A DNA stretch of 64,000 nt, taken from the NCBI GenBank assembly GCA_036172245.1, contig JAYWIR010000020.1, positions 992,001 through 1,056,000 on the forward strand, read 5' to 3'. The DNA comes from Raillietiella orientalis. Taxonomy: Eukaryota. Below, piece after piece: positions 13,201-26,299 of the stretch; the stretch's first letter is position 1, and each line of letters opens with the position of its first letter. Made by a program: the position numbers and the translations under genes. The notes below the pieces were generated by a model. It searched no databases. It saw nothing but the letters and a program-made list of their open reading frames with translations, and was not told the origin of the DNA.

Positions 13201-16099
13201 AGCTGTTGGAGGAGGTGCTCAGTGTGCCAAACAACGATTTCGGCATCTTAAGGAGTACAGGAATCCTCTATTCGATAAAATTCAGGAATTCCTTTAGCCC
13301 GAGATGTGAGCTGTTAGGGAAAACTATGGACCTTGAGTTTTTCTAGTAGGATGAGGACATTGAGTTACTCGACAGCTGTTTCTACCTGACGGAGAGGAAA
13401 AAAATTCCATCATATTCCATTCACGATCTGATCTCATATTCATTATAGCATGCGAGCTTAAACAAATTATCCAGACACTCTATGGGTAGTAACGTAACCT
13501 TGTAGAACCTTGTATTCTGGGGGTAATATAACCTTATATTACTTCCAGAAAATCTTTTATAAGTCAGATTAGGGAACGTTTTCCGGTTAATGGCATGAGG
13601 AGATAATTCCGTGAAAAAAACAGAACTCTTCCTTCCTATTGTCTTTCCATTTGAAGGAAGAAGCAAAATGCTCGCCCCCCTCCAAAAAAAGGAAAACGGT
13701 CAAACTAGTACTTTCTAGTTTCTCTACGTCCCGTCCATCAAGGACACCACGATGCAAGCAGGATTTGTGAAACTCTGCCTTTGAATAGGCAACGCATAGA
13801 CGGCCAGCTCACACTGTGATTGATGAGTCTCAGATCTGAGCCATGCCAAGTGTCATGCGCTCATATTGTAATTGCATGTCTACATAAATGGACAGTAACA
13901 CTCTCAATCAGTGATGAAGGACAAAGGCAGACCAGTTCAACGGAACGAAAGCAGATTAATTTATAAGCCATTAAACAGATGCGCTCTGCTCCAATACCTG
14001 GAAAAAAACTCAGGGGTCCTGTGGATCGAGTGAGGGACCACTAAAGGATGAAGAACGCATGAAATGTGAGGAACATCCGGTGTGGAAATATTCCAAATGA
14101 CAGGAATATCCGCATTCCTCGTCATGGAGAAATAAACGCCCAACATTTAATTCGTAAAAGTGTGTTTTGTTTTCAAAGAGCGGGCTTTCAGAAACAGCGC
14201 CTGTGCAGGAACAAAAATCAGGGTGGATGCTTAAGGAGGCAGTGAGCAAAGTTCAAAAGTTCAAGCTAAAGGAATTTAAGATGAGGCATGCATCGAAAAC
14301 GAGTTTCGAAATTGGAAAATAACTTTATAGCAGGAACTTGCCACGCACTGTTTGCATTCATCTTCTGAAATGGCTGGGGGATCTCGGAGGGAAAAGTGTA
14401 GCGAACAAACCGGAAAAGAGTCAGCAACAACCCCTTGTTCAAATTCGGTTGCTTGCTGATGGCTCCTAGATAAAGAACCAGTTTCAGTTTTCCTGAATGC
14501 CCTCATCGGCATGTACATTTTTTTTTTTTTGCAATTTAGGGGCACCCGGATTCTCGTGCTTTTGGCAAATTCCATGCACTCTCTGAACTCCAAACGTGAT
14601 TGCGAGAATCTGGCTGTTTTTCCATTATGAAAATCCACAGCGTCTAATGGGAGTGTTGGCTCGGTGCTGCTGCGCTCTGCACCTTCATTGGACTTTTGCA
14701 CATGGAATGCCAGACCGTTTGTGTGTCTTCCACCAAGCATGGTCATTTGCTTCTTACAGACGAAGAAAACACTCTTTGGCGCGTCAGCTCGCGAGGATGT
14801 CTCTTTCTGTGAATTCTTTTTAGCTACCACGGCTGCGCAAATTGAAGAGGCATTCATGGGAACCAATCCCGTTCATTAAGGACTGCTGATGTTTGGTGAA
14901 GCTTTAGAAAAATTTCATTTTTCGTCTCTTGATAGTTTTTTTTTTTTTTTTTTAAATTTTCTTTTTTTATGGAAGACAGTAATGAATCAAAGTCGGTAAC
15001 AGTAAGCAGCATAAAAAAAGTATGTTTTAAAAGGACTGTTCTCGCAGAATTCAGATGTTTGCATCAGTTTCCAAAGTCATTCGGATCCATAGCGTGGTAG
15101 CTTTCAGATAATGCGGAGGTATATAGGTAGGAGATCTAGCATTCTTAGCAAGAGGACTGAAAACAACTAGGCAGACTGAAAATGAGACAGCTGATATTTA
15201 CAAACTAAAAGATGACATTTTGCTGATTACTTAGAACCAAGCAGCAGTTATTCTGTTCCAGAAAAGCGGAATGCTTTTCAACAGAGACAGATAAATCCAA
15301 GGTGAATCGGTCCACAATCGTAAGTATCGGAGAGAAAATAAATGAGGCCTGATGAGCACATACATCACACCTCAGTATGTCTGATGAGTTTGGAATGGAG
15401 ATCCAGGAACGTATCTCTTGCCATTCCATGCGCAGGCTTCCAGGTTTTCAGAACGAAGGTCTCAAAGGTAGGACTCACAGACTTGTCCAACAGGAACTGG
15501 TCCACCACCTGAATCGATTAACCGGAAGGGACGGGTGAATTTCCCAAAACGAAGCAAATCAAAAGAAGCAAGTGGGAATGTCTTAAAACTGGAACTGCTT
15601 AAATGATGAACATCGGAAGTTCATACGGAATACAACGCCTTCCACAACGTGGTCTTACTAATGATGAAGAACGATGAGGATTTGGAGGCGTTCGTATCCA
15701 ACGTAAGAATGATGAAATCTGTATGTGTGTAAAATTATAGATGAAAGCGACACGCACAGATTGCAAAAAAAGAGAAAAGCGAAACGGGATGATCTAGAAC
15801 AAGATTTTATTAAAGTCAAATTCAACTTTCGCTTATTGAGAGACGAACGCACACACAGAAAAACAAGAAAAATTCACAAACCCAAGTCCGTTCGTTACCT
15901 CCTGATGAACGTTCCGTAACGTTCCTCCTGAGAAGAGGAGTTTATCGTTGAATCGCTTCTCCTCCCACAGTAAAGTCGGTGTTTCATTCCGAGTTATCAT
16001 TGTGTTTGAAGTGAATCCTGTAACCGGAAATCCAGAAGAACGAACTCGATCCCAAGCAAATGGAGGAAAAAATAAACGAATTTAACCAGGATGCCACCA

Positions 16100-16700
16100 T
16101 CCAGGAGAAGCATTCGTATTTCGATCTCAATTCTTTCGTAGCTTGTTACTCATAAAAAAAGGAGATCTTTCACCAGCGACGACCTTGGGTGGATCAACTT
16201 GCAAATCCCGATAAATACTTGGCAGAATGACGCTTGCAAACAAAAATCGTCGAGCATCCGACGTATGATGAATTACCACGCATCTCTGTTTCTGCGTGAG
16301 ACCATGATAAAAAAAAGCCCTGAGCAGCTTTGCCTCACGCCATGATGAAAAGAGCTCCGAAACCAGTGAGCAGCTCGATTGACCGAGGAAGGGAATTCGT
16401 TTAAGGAAGAGATCTAGCTGGAATGAGGATAACATCGTCCCATGGTCCAAATGAATAGACAATCGATGGAAAGGAAATCTGAGATCTCTTTGATGTTCAA
16501 AAGGGTAACAGGGAATTTCTTCGTGATTGAGAAACAAAAGTTTGCATTACATACCGAGGCTATTCCCAAGATGCACTTTTCCATGGGCGTGCCTCCAGGA
16601 ATGGCCTTTATCGATTCTTTGGGAGAATCTTCAATGGGACTGGGAACAAGTGGAATGAAGTTTTCGGGTGGTTTCTTAGAAACCGGGATTCTCGCCGCTT
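16100..16700 (-). pseudogene. Possible decayed ionotropic receptor fragment
   Basis: ORF 16127-16537 contains FFYHGLTQ...ARRFLFASVILPSIYRDLQV.PP, similar to the IR pore-M2 pattern (R....F...VI...Y...L...P). Confidence 0.25.
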
Positions 16701-19700
16701 CGCAGCGGTTCCGGAAAAAATTCTACGAATAGACCGGCAAGGTAGGACGTTTCAATTCATGAGAATAGGAATGGGTTCGAACTTTTCACCTCAGTTCCTG
16801 GCATTTACGCAGAGGACTCTCATTCGCAGTTTTCCCCCGTCTAAACATGTAAAACGTTTCAAGCACCTCGATGACCGCATGCGCGTATCAGTTCGAACTC
16901 CCTCCCCCATCCCAAATCGGGTCGAGCGAAGCATTAATTACTTTTTTTTTCTAGCGGCTGACTTTTGGCCACACCAAATCTGGAGACACTGAAAGAAAAT
17001 TGCCGGTGACAGGGAGTTACATAGAATTCAGAGAAACTTAATATTAAAAGAAGGAGAAGGAGAAGAAGGGAAAAAAAAGCAATCGATAAAGCTCGAGACG
17101 AAGTTTCAGAGACGAGAGTCAGGGCGATACATTTCTTGGAGGATAGAGAACTTCAAAACCCTGCTTGCTTGCTATTCTTTTCGAAGTGCCCTTTTCTCTT
17201 TGCATGTTTTCTGCTTCCTTTGTGGTAAAAAAAAAGTTAAGCGAGTCCTCTTCAAAGGGGAGTCCTTCCTTGTTCACTTCTGGGAAGAACCATTTACAAC
17301 ACTTGCGTTTGCAAGAGGAAAGAGGCAAGTTAGAGATCCCTATGAAAAGAACTCGATGAAACTTTGTTCCTTTACAAAACAGATCCCCGAAATTCTTTCT
17401 CCTTGTCCACTTGTAGGAAGAACCACTTTCAGTGCTGATGTTTACAAGTGGAAGGAAGCAAGTCGAAGAATTTTCGAGATATACTCTGTAAGCGAGCGGG
17501 GGGGAAGAATTTGGTTTGAGCATGGAGGAAAAATTTGCATCCCAGCTAGCACATACGATTTCTCAAAGTCTCCCTTTTTCCGGTTTCGATTTTATTTTCG
17601 TTTTGCAGACGAAAGTCTCCCATAACCTTCCTGCCTTCTCCTACCTCTTAGTGCGTGTGACGTTTCAAGAAATGCCTTCCTGCTAAGGCGTTTCTCCTTC
17701 TAAGGACAGCGAATCGGTAAAGACCAAACCGACTACTTTGAAACTGACTCCTATCTGTAACTGATACTGATCAAGATTTTGAGTCAGTTTGTATCGGTGT
17801 TTTTTTTTCCTGATGATGGTCCACGTTTCAGTAAAGATTTTGCATTCAGAAAACTATTACTCCATTTCCGTCTTCAGCCAATGAAGCAAATGCAATAAAT
17901 CTGCTCTCATCTGAGCCTTCGCTATGTTTGCCTCAATCAAGCAACGGTCCATAATGTGTGATCTATAAGCACGAGCATTAAGAACAAAGTTTTTCCTCTT
18001 CATAATTCAATGATTTCTTTGGGGCTTCAGGTTAGTGCACGGACAAATAAAAAGGAATGCCATAAGATACAATCTTAGCAAACTACAAGACTCCTGTTCC
18101 TGTTTTCAAAAGATAAGGAAGTCGTTTCTTGCAGCTGGCTGTGTTCTCTGAAGCAGACTTCATGGTTTCGTAGACTAGAAAACATGATGATTCTAACACC
18201 ATGATTCTTCTACAGCATCCTGCTGTAGCTTTCGCGTCGCCTACGCTTGACAAAATAGAAAAACAAACATGGAAACTGATCGAAAGCTGAGAAAGGAATG
18301 CCGAAAAAGGAAACTCGAAAGCCTTCATGGACAGAGTTGCTTTCGCATGCAATTAAGATGCATGCATATATCACATTTGCATCGGATTATATCTTGTGCT
18401 GGACTCGGGGCGAACTTCTCATGAAACTTCATGCAAATTCAGTTCACAGATCAAGTGTCGGGAGAAGGGCAGACTGTCTGAGGACGCTTTCAGTCGCACT
18501 ATCCTGAATGTATCCCAGTAAGCGTATTCCTTATCTCATAATTGAAAACGCCAGTCTCGTTTCCTCGATTCCTGGACCTTCAAATGAAATGCACCCTTAG
18601 CTGTGCTTGTTTGTTTGCGTACGAAATCCTTTTGTGAAACAGCGCCGAAAATTTTCATCGAAAATTCGAATTTGTGATGCCGCTTTCATCGATCTCTTCA
18701 AAATCTTCCTTAGGATTGACATTTGAAGATTCAAGTAGGGTTTTCGATATTTCTCTCCTCCTCCCTTGTCTTTTAGGTGAAAGGGTATCCTTGTGAGGGA
18801 AGTCGAATGCCTCTGTTATCTTTATATCCGACAACAAGGATTGCAATCTCATCGGGTACGGTAATTTAGATCCGCATGGAAGCTGTCTCGAAAGTCAGTT
18901 GCTGCTGAAATACTTACGATCTGAGTAAGTAGAATTGAAACCATGGTGGGGTGAGCTGCTTCACTTCTGAGAACTCCGTAGTTCAAAGCAAATCAATCGA
19001 TTTGAATAAGTCACTTCAAAGTCAGTTTTCTACAGCATGAAAAATCCAAATCGGGGCCCCAAGATAGAAGGCTGCTGGTGAATGAGACAAATGAAGCAAA
19101 GTCACAGATTAGGCAACAAGGATAGGAAGAGCTTAACAATTTTAAACTGCATGCCTTTTCGAGGAAAAACACTTTAAAAATCAAAGGAAAGACTGATTAA
19201 ATAAAAGGAGTAGATTTTAATCGGTAGGGAGATGGGTTGATGCTGATTCCGCAGGACATCACGGCTTTCGATAAAATCAGGGAGTTGTGAGGCAACCGTA
19301 AGGAGCTCGATATTTCAGTGGGCACAAATCCACTGTAATGCACGTGGAAACGAATGGACGGAGCAAGGGATCAGCGGCTGGATGCAATTGCATTTTCGAA
19401 TTGAAAACGCACATTTAAAGGATTTGTCGGGAAACTAAAGAAAATTCAGTAGGGAGCTATGCCTCAGAGTTCGCATGGGTCCCCCCCCCCCCCTTCCCGA
19501 ATTCTTGGCAGTCAACAGATTCTTGAAGTCTTTGGGATCCATATGGGGCAATCGGCACAGGAGTAGCAGAACATAACTTTGCGAAAATCGCGTTTCTTCG
19601 GGATGCTGCTGAAATGACGAGCTCATGCCGGGAAAGCCAAAAAAAAAATAAAGATATTGAGTAATGGAGAGCTTCCGAAAAGCAGGAGAGTCTCTAAACC

Positions 19701-19850
19701 AAAACGAACGCTGTGACTTTTACGAAACAACGTGGAAATGCAATTCTCAGAAAAATCAAATGAAAAAAACGCTCCATTGTATCTCTAATGAGCAAAGAAA
19801 TTGCAGGGTGGTCAATTGTGTCGAAAATAACAGGTGAAATCCTTGAAAAG

Positions 19851-19995
19851 CGTTTCAGGTGCTACTGATGAGATACCATGGTACCGACTTTGGGATGCAG
19901 AGGCTGCTGTGCTCGCAAAATCCTATCTTGTCTGATGTTTTTGTCAGTGTTTGGATTCCTCTGGCGGCGTTTCCGAAACAGCAGCATTCAATATA
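19851..19995 (+). repeat. Diverged direct repeat A, copy 1
   Basis: cgtttcaggtgctactgatga...gggatgcagaggctgctg...tgatgtttttgt...gtttggatt...ggcgtttc.gaaacag.agcatt.aatata, shared with 20947-21098. Confidence 0.85.
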
Positions 19996-20946
19996 ATTTG
20001 CTGTCAACTTTTCGGCCAAAAGAAAGAACTTAACTGGGATAACATTGCAAGAAAATGCTTTTACCGATAAGCAAAAGAATTCATTTCTGTGTTCCACCTG
20101 TTCTCCAAACGGGATGAGTGAACAGTCAACACCTGATTTGAGGCTGCAGGAGACAGCATCCGTGGAGGACAAAGCGCATGTCTTGATGGATAGTGAATTC
20201 AGAGTATCGCAGGATCAGTGAATTATTTATGTGGCTTGCAAAGTAGCTCACACAGAATCGGACTCATTTGCAACCGTCGCAATTCTAATGACACGACGCG
20301 TTTGGAAAGTGGAAGGTCGTTGTAATTTGAAAATTTCTTCATGTTGCTTCCATAGAAGACGAAGAAACCAACGGGAAGAAAGATGCTTTCCTACCTTAAA
20401 GGATGATTGCATGTAGGTACAAAGGAATGGCTTCCATTCTATGCAAAACAAAGTACTTCTCGATGTGCAAACACCACGAACTGGTGACTTCCCCATCTCC
20501 AAAGACTGTTTCACTGGAAGTTTAGAAAGTGAGTTGAAAGTTTTATCCAGAAATAAACATCGACTACCTTTCAGACGAGAGACGAACGTTTTCCCAAGTC
20601 CAAAAGCAAGGGAACTTCGTTTCGTGGTGACCAAAGCAGTGAATGAGTAGCGAATGGAGAAAAACAGTCAGGAAAATCCATTGTACTGTGCCTCCCTCAT
20701 CTCCCAATGATCCAGTGGCATCCGGGCAAGTTCTTCCGCTCCATCGCGACTGCTTCCTCATATCTGGGAACTACTTGGGAGCAATGGTCGTCTTGCAGAA
20801 TCCAGCTTGCGCGGAGATCTTTGTGCAGAGAAACCTAACAAGAATCCATCAGAGCGAAACTTGGCTCTGGAACTTCCGCTTGCCTGGTCCCCTTTAACCA
20901 AAAAAAAAGACGTGCCCAGTCGGTGCATTAACAAACGTCTTTAGCC

Positions 20947-21117
20947 CGTTTCAGGTGCTACTGATGAAATGGAGTGTTATGATGGTACTGAATTTGGGAT
21001 GCAGAGGCTGCTGGGACGTAAAATCCTATTCTGGCTGATGTTTTTGTTGACGTTTGGATTCTTCTGGTGGCGTTTCTGAAACAGTAGCATTTAATATATA
21101 TATATATATATATATAT
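20947..21117 (+). repeat. Diverged direct repeat A, copy 2, ending in a (TA)n microsatellite
   Basis: Aligns by eye to 19851-19995; the aatata end is expanded to a (TA)~12 run. Confidence 0.85.
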
Positions 21118-24100
21118 TCGCGTCTGATTTTACCGCTGAAGATCGTGTGAATTGGATTCTCAGGCTAAGGCAATCGCTTTTTTCCGCCTGTCGCCTCGCT
21201 GCTGCATCAATCACCTCCACCATTTTTAGACACTTTGCCGTCTTCCGACCATTTCATGAGAAAAACAAACAGGGATCCTTGTTTGCCTCTCTCACTTTTT
21301 GTATTTGTCGAGAAGTGCGGAAGGACGGACTGGTCACTCTTGTATGGAGGGAAAGCTTCCTATTTTATTTTTAGTTACTGTGTTTATTATGCAAGTCACG
21401 ACCGTGCTTTATGATTTTGTACAATAAACGTCGCTGCTCCACTCGGCGCAACTCACGGCATGCCAGGCAGGCAGCAGGACTAAGAGTGTTATTTGCAGAG
21501 CGGAACCGGATGCACACAGAGGCGGAAAAAGTTTCCTTCCTCCGGGTCGCAGTCTTATCATCGACAAACTTTTGTGCAGGACACCTTGGCAGCTGGAGAA
21601 TTATCTACGACTCTCGAGACACATCATGGTCCGATTTCCAAGAAGCACATCCACCGGATAAAGACGAGGCTTATTAACTACTGCAAGGTTTCCGTCTAAC
21701 GGTCGAGGACGAAGCTCGGAATTTTCAAACCCGAAGCGTGGACTTGGCTCCTCGCGGCAACATCCGCCTGTCTTCTTTCATCACAATTACAAGTAGGGGA
21801 AATAGAAATTATGGAAAAAAAAATTATAATTCAATGCAGCATTCACGACTCTTTCGTTTCGATGTCAAGGCAGTGGTACTTCTGGCAAAGGAGAAGCGAA
21901 CGAAGCAGCGAGGTTATGTACCTCAAGGTATCCATTTCATGCTAATATCTCGAAAATTTCTTCGTGGTGCACACCAGAAGATGAAACGTTCGTCCTTGGA
22001 ACTATCGAATACACTGCCAACGAGTTTTCAGAGTACGTGCTTTGCTGCTCCACACTCCACATGAATAATTCCATCGTGAGAAGAGCTGCACCGAGATTTT
22101 GCGGAAAAAAGAAACTCATCCGAACCTTCATCCAGATATACGTGAAGATCAGTTTGAGATGGAGCACGAATGGCTAATAGGGGCCAGGGCACTTCCGGTC
22201 CGTGGATGCTCCAGGTCGTCAGCATCCCAACCCGCGTCTCGTCTTGATCCCTTACCTTGGTTTCGGGATACAGGATAATCAGCGTTTGCTGCAAGAGAAT
22301 CTCCGAGCGAAGCCGCTACGCGCAGCTGTCCTCTCGACGGACTGGCAAGCTGCAACCGGAAGACATGTCGGTGGCCACTCTGCTCCAGATCCATGCTTGT
22401 TGACTGCGCGCCATAAGTGTGAGACGATGAAGGCTATCCGTAGCTCTCGAAGCGTCTGACCATTAACGGAAGAGAGCTTCATAAGTGCTTTCGTCAATTC
22501 TCCTGCGAAAGAACACACCTTCCGGGAAGAAGAGCAAAGAAATCCTAACCGAGGATTCCATTTTCGTTGGAGGAACTCTCCAGCCTGTGCTGACCAGAGT
22601 TTTCGCAAGCACACATATTATTACTAGTAATAATGAATGCTTTCTCATTTTGCAAAGCGAAGGTTCGCTCCAGCTCGACTCTATATTTAGCTCCTCCTCA
22701 ACAGGGAACACGGTTGCAGAGGGCACCGTTCCCGGGTCGTTTTACAGTCCGAAACAGTTGCCTGGACTGCGAGGTATAGCAGACCTGCCGCCGCTTGGCG
22801 GTCGAAAACCCAGGATATGAGCCCTTATTTTGGCTGACAGAATGGAAATGAAGGTCTCGAACGTTCTTCTTCGGCGTCGTGCCTCTTGGCGCCCTCCTTG
22901 CCATCCAAGGGTGCCCTTCGCCGGCAAAGCGGATCCCGGAGTCTGGAGGAAGTGCGCTCGAGGTCCGTTGAGACTACGGAGGGACCGGAATGCTGCTTGA
23001 ATGACATCTTCTGGGAGTCCCCCGGAAACGGTAAGCGACGGGACTCATGGCGTCCACGGGCGCAACTCTTCCTGAGTCTCCGGTTGACACGATCACGTGC
23101 GATCTGATAGAGAAATCTGCCGCACAGGCAGGAGAGCGCCGGTAGAAGCGCCACTTTCGTTGAGTTGGTCTCAGCGAAAGTGGAATCTTTGGCAGAGGAA
23201 TTCTTTGCTCTTCTTTTTCCCGGAAAGGATGAAGGCCGTCGTCCCTGTAAGCTGGATAGCTTGAAGGTCAGCTCTTATCTGCTCCAGTGCTGGCTCTTGA
23301 TTCCAAGCGATTCGGCTTCATCCTACGAGCGAACCGCAGGAGACTGCGACGACCCGACAGTCTCCGTTTTTCTGACGAAAACTTCCCCTCTTGTAAGAAG
23401 AGCGTACCCATGCAACGAGAAACTGCATCGTCTTTCCGATTTGCTTTGTCAAGGCTTTCATCTCTGTGGGCGCCAGTCTGCCGCTCGCATCCTTCATTAA
23501 CGTTTTTCTGCTTCCAATTTTTTTCTCCTGCTTCTCGTAGAGCGGCTTCCCGCTCTTCCCTCCGGAACGAGGGACGCGAACCACATGATCGTTTTTCCTG
23601 GGTCTGCAATCTCCGCAGATGTTCAGCATCCTTCGCTCAAGACTGCCGAGGAGTCTGTATCGCAATCTTCTCCAATCTGTTGTTTTCCCATCTGCCTCAT
23701 CCACCTGCAGGCTCCCTGGTGCAAGAGGAGAGCCACACGCGACGGAATGCCGGGAAGCCCAGGAATCCTCGCGCGCGTTCCGCATTCATCCCCTGAGGCG
23801 ACGCGCGCAGAAGCGACAGCCCCCACGGCTGCCGCGCGCGCGTGCGCGTCTTCGGCGACGCTCCTGCACCGCCGGCCTCGACCGAACTGGTCCTCCGGTG
23901 CTCTTCTCCGCGGAAAAACGCACCGGCTTTCCCGTGTCCGAGCAACTTTGTGAGGGGAAGCGCGCCCGAGGAGACTCCGCTTCCTGGTGCTCACGCGGTC
24001 TTCACGCGGGATCATCTCTGAGGTTCGCCGACTTCCAAGAGGTTCAGGGGCTGCTGTTCTCTGACGTCAGCGGTCGGGCTCAGGCGCAGCATCCCGTGAT

Positions 24101-24761
24101 TTATCGCGGGAGCAGCTCCACGGGAGCCGGGAAGCGTCCGGCTGGTACACGAGCTGTTCTGAGGCACATGGCATCCCCTACTTTCCCCTTTTCGGAGCCA
24201 AACACGCGCTCCCGGAAGGAGACACACGATGCTCCAGGGAAGACGGTCGCTAGATGGGACAGGAACTCCCAGAGTCCCCCAGATGTCCTTCCCGAACATC
24301 TTTCTGTGCGTGACGCCTTCTCGCGGAGCGACCGGACCTCGGACAGCGGTCTTTTTTCCGCCCCCTTCAGAGTCGTCGCAGCCCACGCTAACGCCGCCGC
24401 GTGGAAGACCTAAGGGTCCCGGCATCCGGACAAGCGAGGGTGGGTAGGGGTCATCGGCGGTCGAGGAAGGGAAACATAGGTTTGGAGAGAAGAAGGAGAA
24501 GGAGGGGACACTTGCTTCTCCCGTCTCCCAGGGCAACCGGTACGTTACTGCTCCTACCCCTCTCCCTTCCTCTTCCTCTTCCCCCTGGCGAGCGCGCGCG
24601 GCGGCGCGTGTGCGCTTCTCGTACCCCGCGACGTAGAGGCAACGCCAGGATGGCACCCGCGCACGAGTACCAGGTAGCAGGCGCGCACAGATGAAGATCA
24701 TCTTGCCGTGAGTGCAGATGCTCGTGAAAGGAGTCTCCCTACAGGACCGCCGCTCGTCTTC

Positions 24762-24774
24762 TCAGTCCTCAGTC
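24762..24774 (+). promoter_or_regulatory. Candidate core-promoter initiator (two tandem TCAGTC)
   Basis: TCAGTC at 24762-24767 and 24769-24774 match the arthropod Inr consensus TCAKTY, about 290 nt upstream of the ATG. No correctly spaced TATA or DPE seen. Confidence 0.35.
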
Positions 24775-24940
24775 TCCGGACGCGCGTGCGCCTTTCGCCG
24801 GAGGGACCTCGCAGAGAAAGCCGGGAAGTGAACCTCGCGTGGTCCAGACTGTCTCTCTGCTCGTTCTTCCTCCTCGTCCTCCGGTTGCACTCCGGCCCGC
24901 AAGGGACGGCCACCGCCGCCGCTCCGTGTGCTGCTGACCC

Positions 24941-24997
24941 TTCTCCCCTCCTCCCCTCCCCACCTCCTCCTCCTCCCCCTCCTTTCCTCCCTCTCCC
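24941..24997 (+). repeat. Polypyrimidine / (CCT)n low-complexity tract
   Basis: ttctcccctcctcccctccccacctcctcctcctccccctcctttcctccctctccc; G-rich on the minus strand. Confidence 0.8.
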
Positions 24998-25026
24998 GGT
25001 CCTGTCCCTGCCCGTCTCCCGCGGTG

Positions 25027-25032
25027 ATGTAG
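25027..25032 (+). promoter_or_regulatory. Minimal start-stop uORF (ATG TAG) in the putative 5' UTR
   Basis: The only ATG between the Inr candidates and the main ATG; followed immediately by TAG, 26 nt before the start codon. Confidence 0.4.
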
Positions 25033-25058
25033 CTCCGTGAAGGTCGAAAAGCGGGAAG

Positions 25059-25528
25059 ATGTCATTCGGAACGGAGATGGAGAACGCCTACGGGTCTCCC
25101 CTGAATACCAGCGGCGCCGGCGGCGCGGGGGGCAATAGCGGCGAGGGCGACTCCATCTTCGAGCAGTACGCGAACGTGATGTATGTCAAGAACCCCGAGG
25201 AGATGCTGAGGCCGTGGACCACGAACAACTATTTCTGGCAGATAGTGCTCACGTACTCGGTGACCTTCGTGATCGGACTGGTGGGCAACGTTCTATCCAT
25301 CGTGGTCATGCACTGCGACCACAAGCTGAACAACTCGACGACGGTGTTCCTGGTCAGTCTATCCGTGGCCGACCTGCTCCTGCTCGTGGTCAGCGCCCCC
25401 CTAGAGACCCTGCAGTACTTCGTGAACACCTGGGACGGCAGCGGCTGGGTCTGCAAGCTGGCCAAGTACTGCGAAATGCTCTCGGCGGTGGCCTCCGTAC
25501 TGAACCTCTGCGCCGTCAGCCTTGAAAG
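25059..25528 (+). CDS. Class A (rhodopsin-like) GPCR, neuropeptide-receptor-like; coding exon 1 (N-terminus, TM1-TM3)
   Basis: ORF MSFGTEMENAY...SLER has an N-glycosylation sequon (LNTS), TM1 'TFVIGLVGN', TM2 'FLVSLSVADLLLL..P', ECL1 'W...G..CK' and TM3 'ASVLNLCAVSLER'. Very high GC3 (18 of 156 codons end in A/T by my count). Ends at canonical donor AG|GTAAGC (GT at 25529-25530), phase 2 within the Arg of the E/DRY motif. Confidence 0.95.
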
Positions 25529-26299
25529 GTAAGCGGATGGCTCGAGGGGCCTTCGCTTCCCGAAAGGGAGGGAGAGGGTGGGGGAAGGGAGAAGGAGGAA
25601 GACAGAGCCCGCTGTCCCCCTTCGCTCTGCCTCTGGACGTGATACAAGCATCACTCGTCATCGGTGGGTCCCACGAAAGGCTCAGCATCCGGAACGGAGG
25701 ATGAGGTCCAACATCGGTCAGCTCGCATCGTCGAGTAGAAGGTGGGGGTGAGATGGGGAGGTTCCTCCCACCCACCCTTCTCTTCCCCATTCCTTGCAGG
25801 GTTCGCTCCCCGAAGACCGCTGACCTCCTTTCGCTCGCTTCCTCCTTCTGCCGGAAGCGCCGTGCTCCTGCGCACTCGCGTCTCCCTTGCGTTCAACATG
25901 TGGGAACTACACCGCTTGCCGTCCGGGAAGATCCGAGAGTTTCCCGGACATGTACCTCTCGGGACGCTGTCGGCAGGCGCCGCTGCACCTTTCGTCTTCG
26001 TGCCCGGAAGGAGATGAGAGGGGAACTCTGGTTGTTCCCGCGTGACTGATGGAGGGGGAGGAAGAGGAGAGGGACTCCTTCTGATTACGACGGTGCTAGG
26101 TGTAAGCGGAGGTCTGGGGTTCCCGGAACTCCGGATCGACGGTCGGAGGCGATGCGGAGACAGGGCGCGCGTCCGGCCTGCGTTCACCGTCGTTCGTCGG
26201 ATTCACCTCCTCGGAACGACGTGGTCCAGAGCCACAGTTTCCGTCCGGCCTCTACGAGGAACGACAATCGCGGCTCGCTGGTCCTCCTCGGACGAGGAG

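Noticed and set aside
14596..14823. WLFFHYENP...SYRR resembling alpha-1,3-fucosyltransferase
   Set aside because: Only two short partial motifs; chance cannot be excluded.
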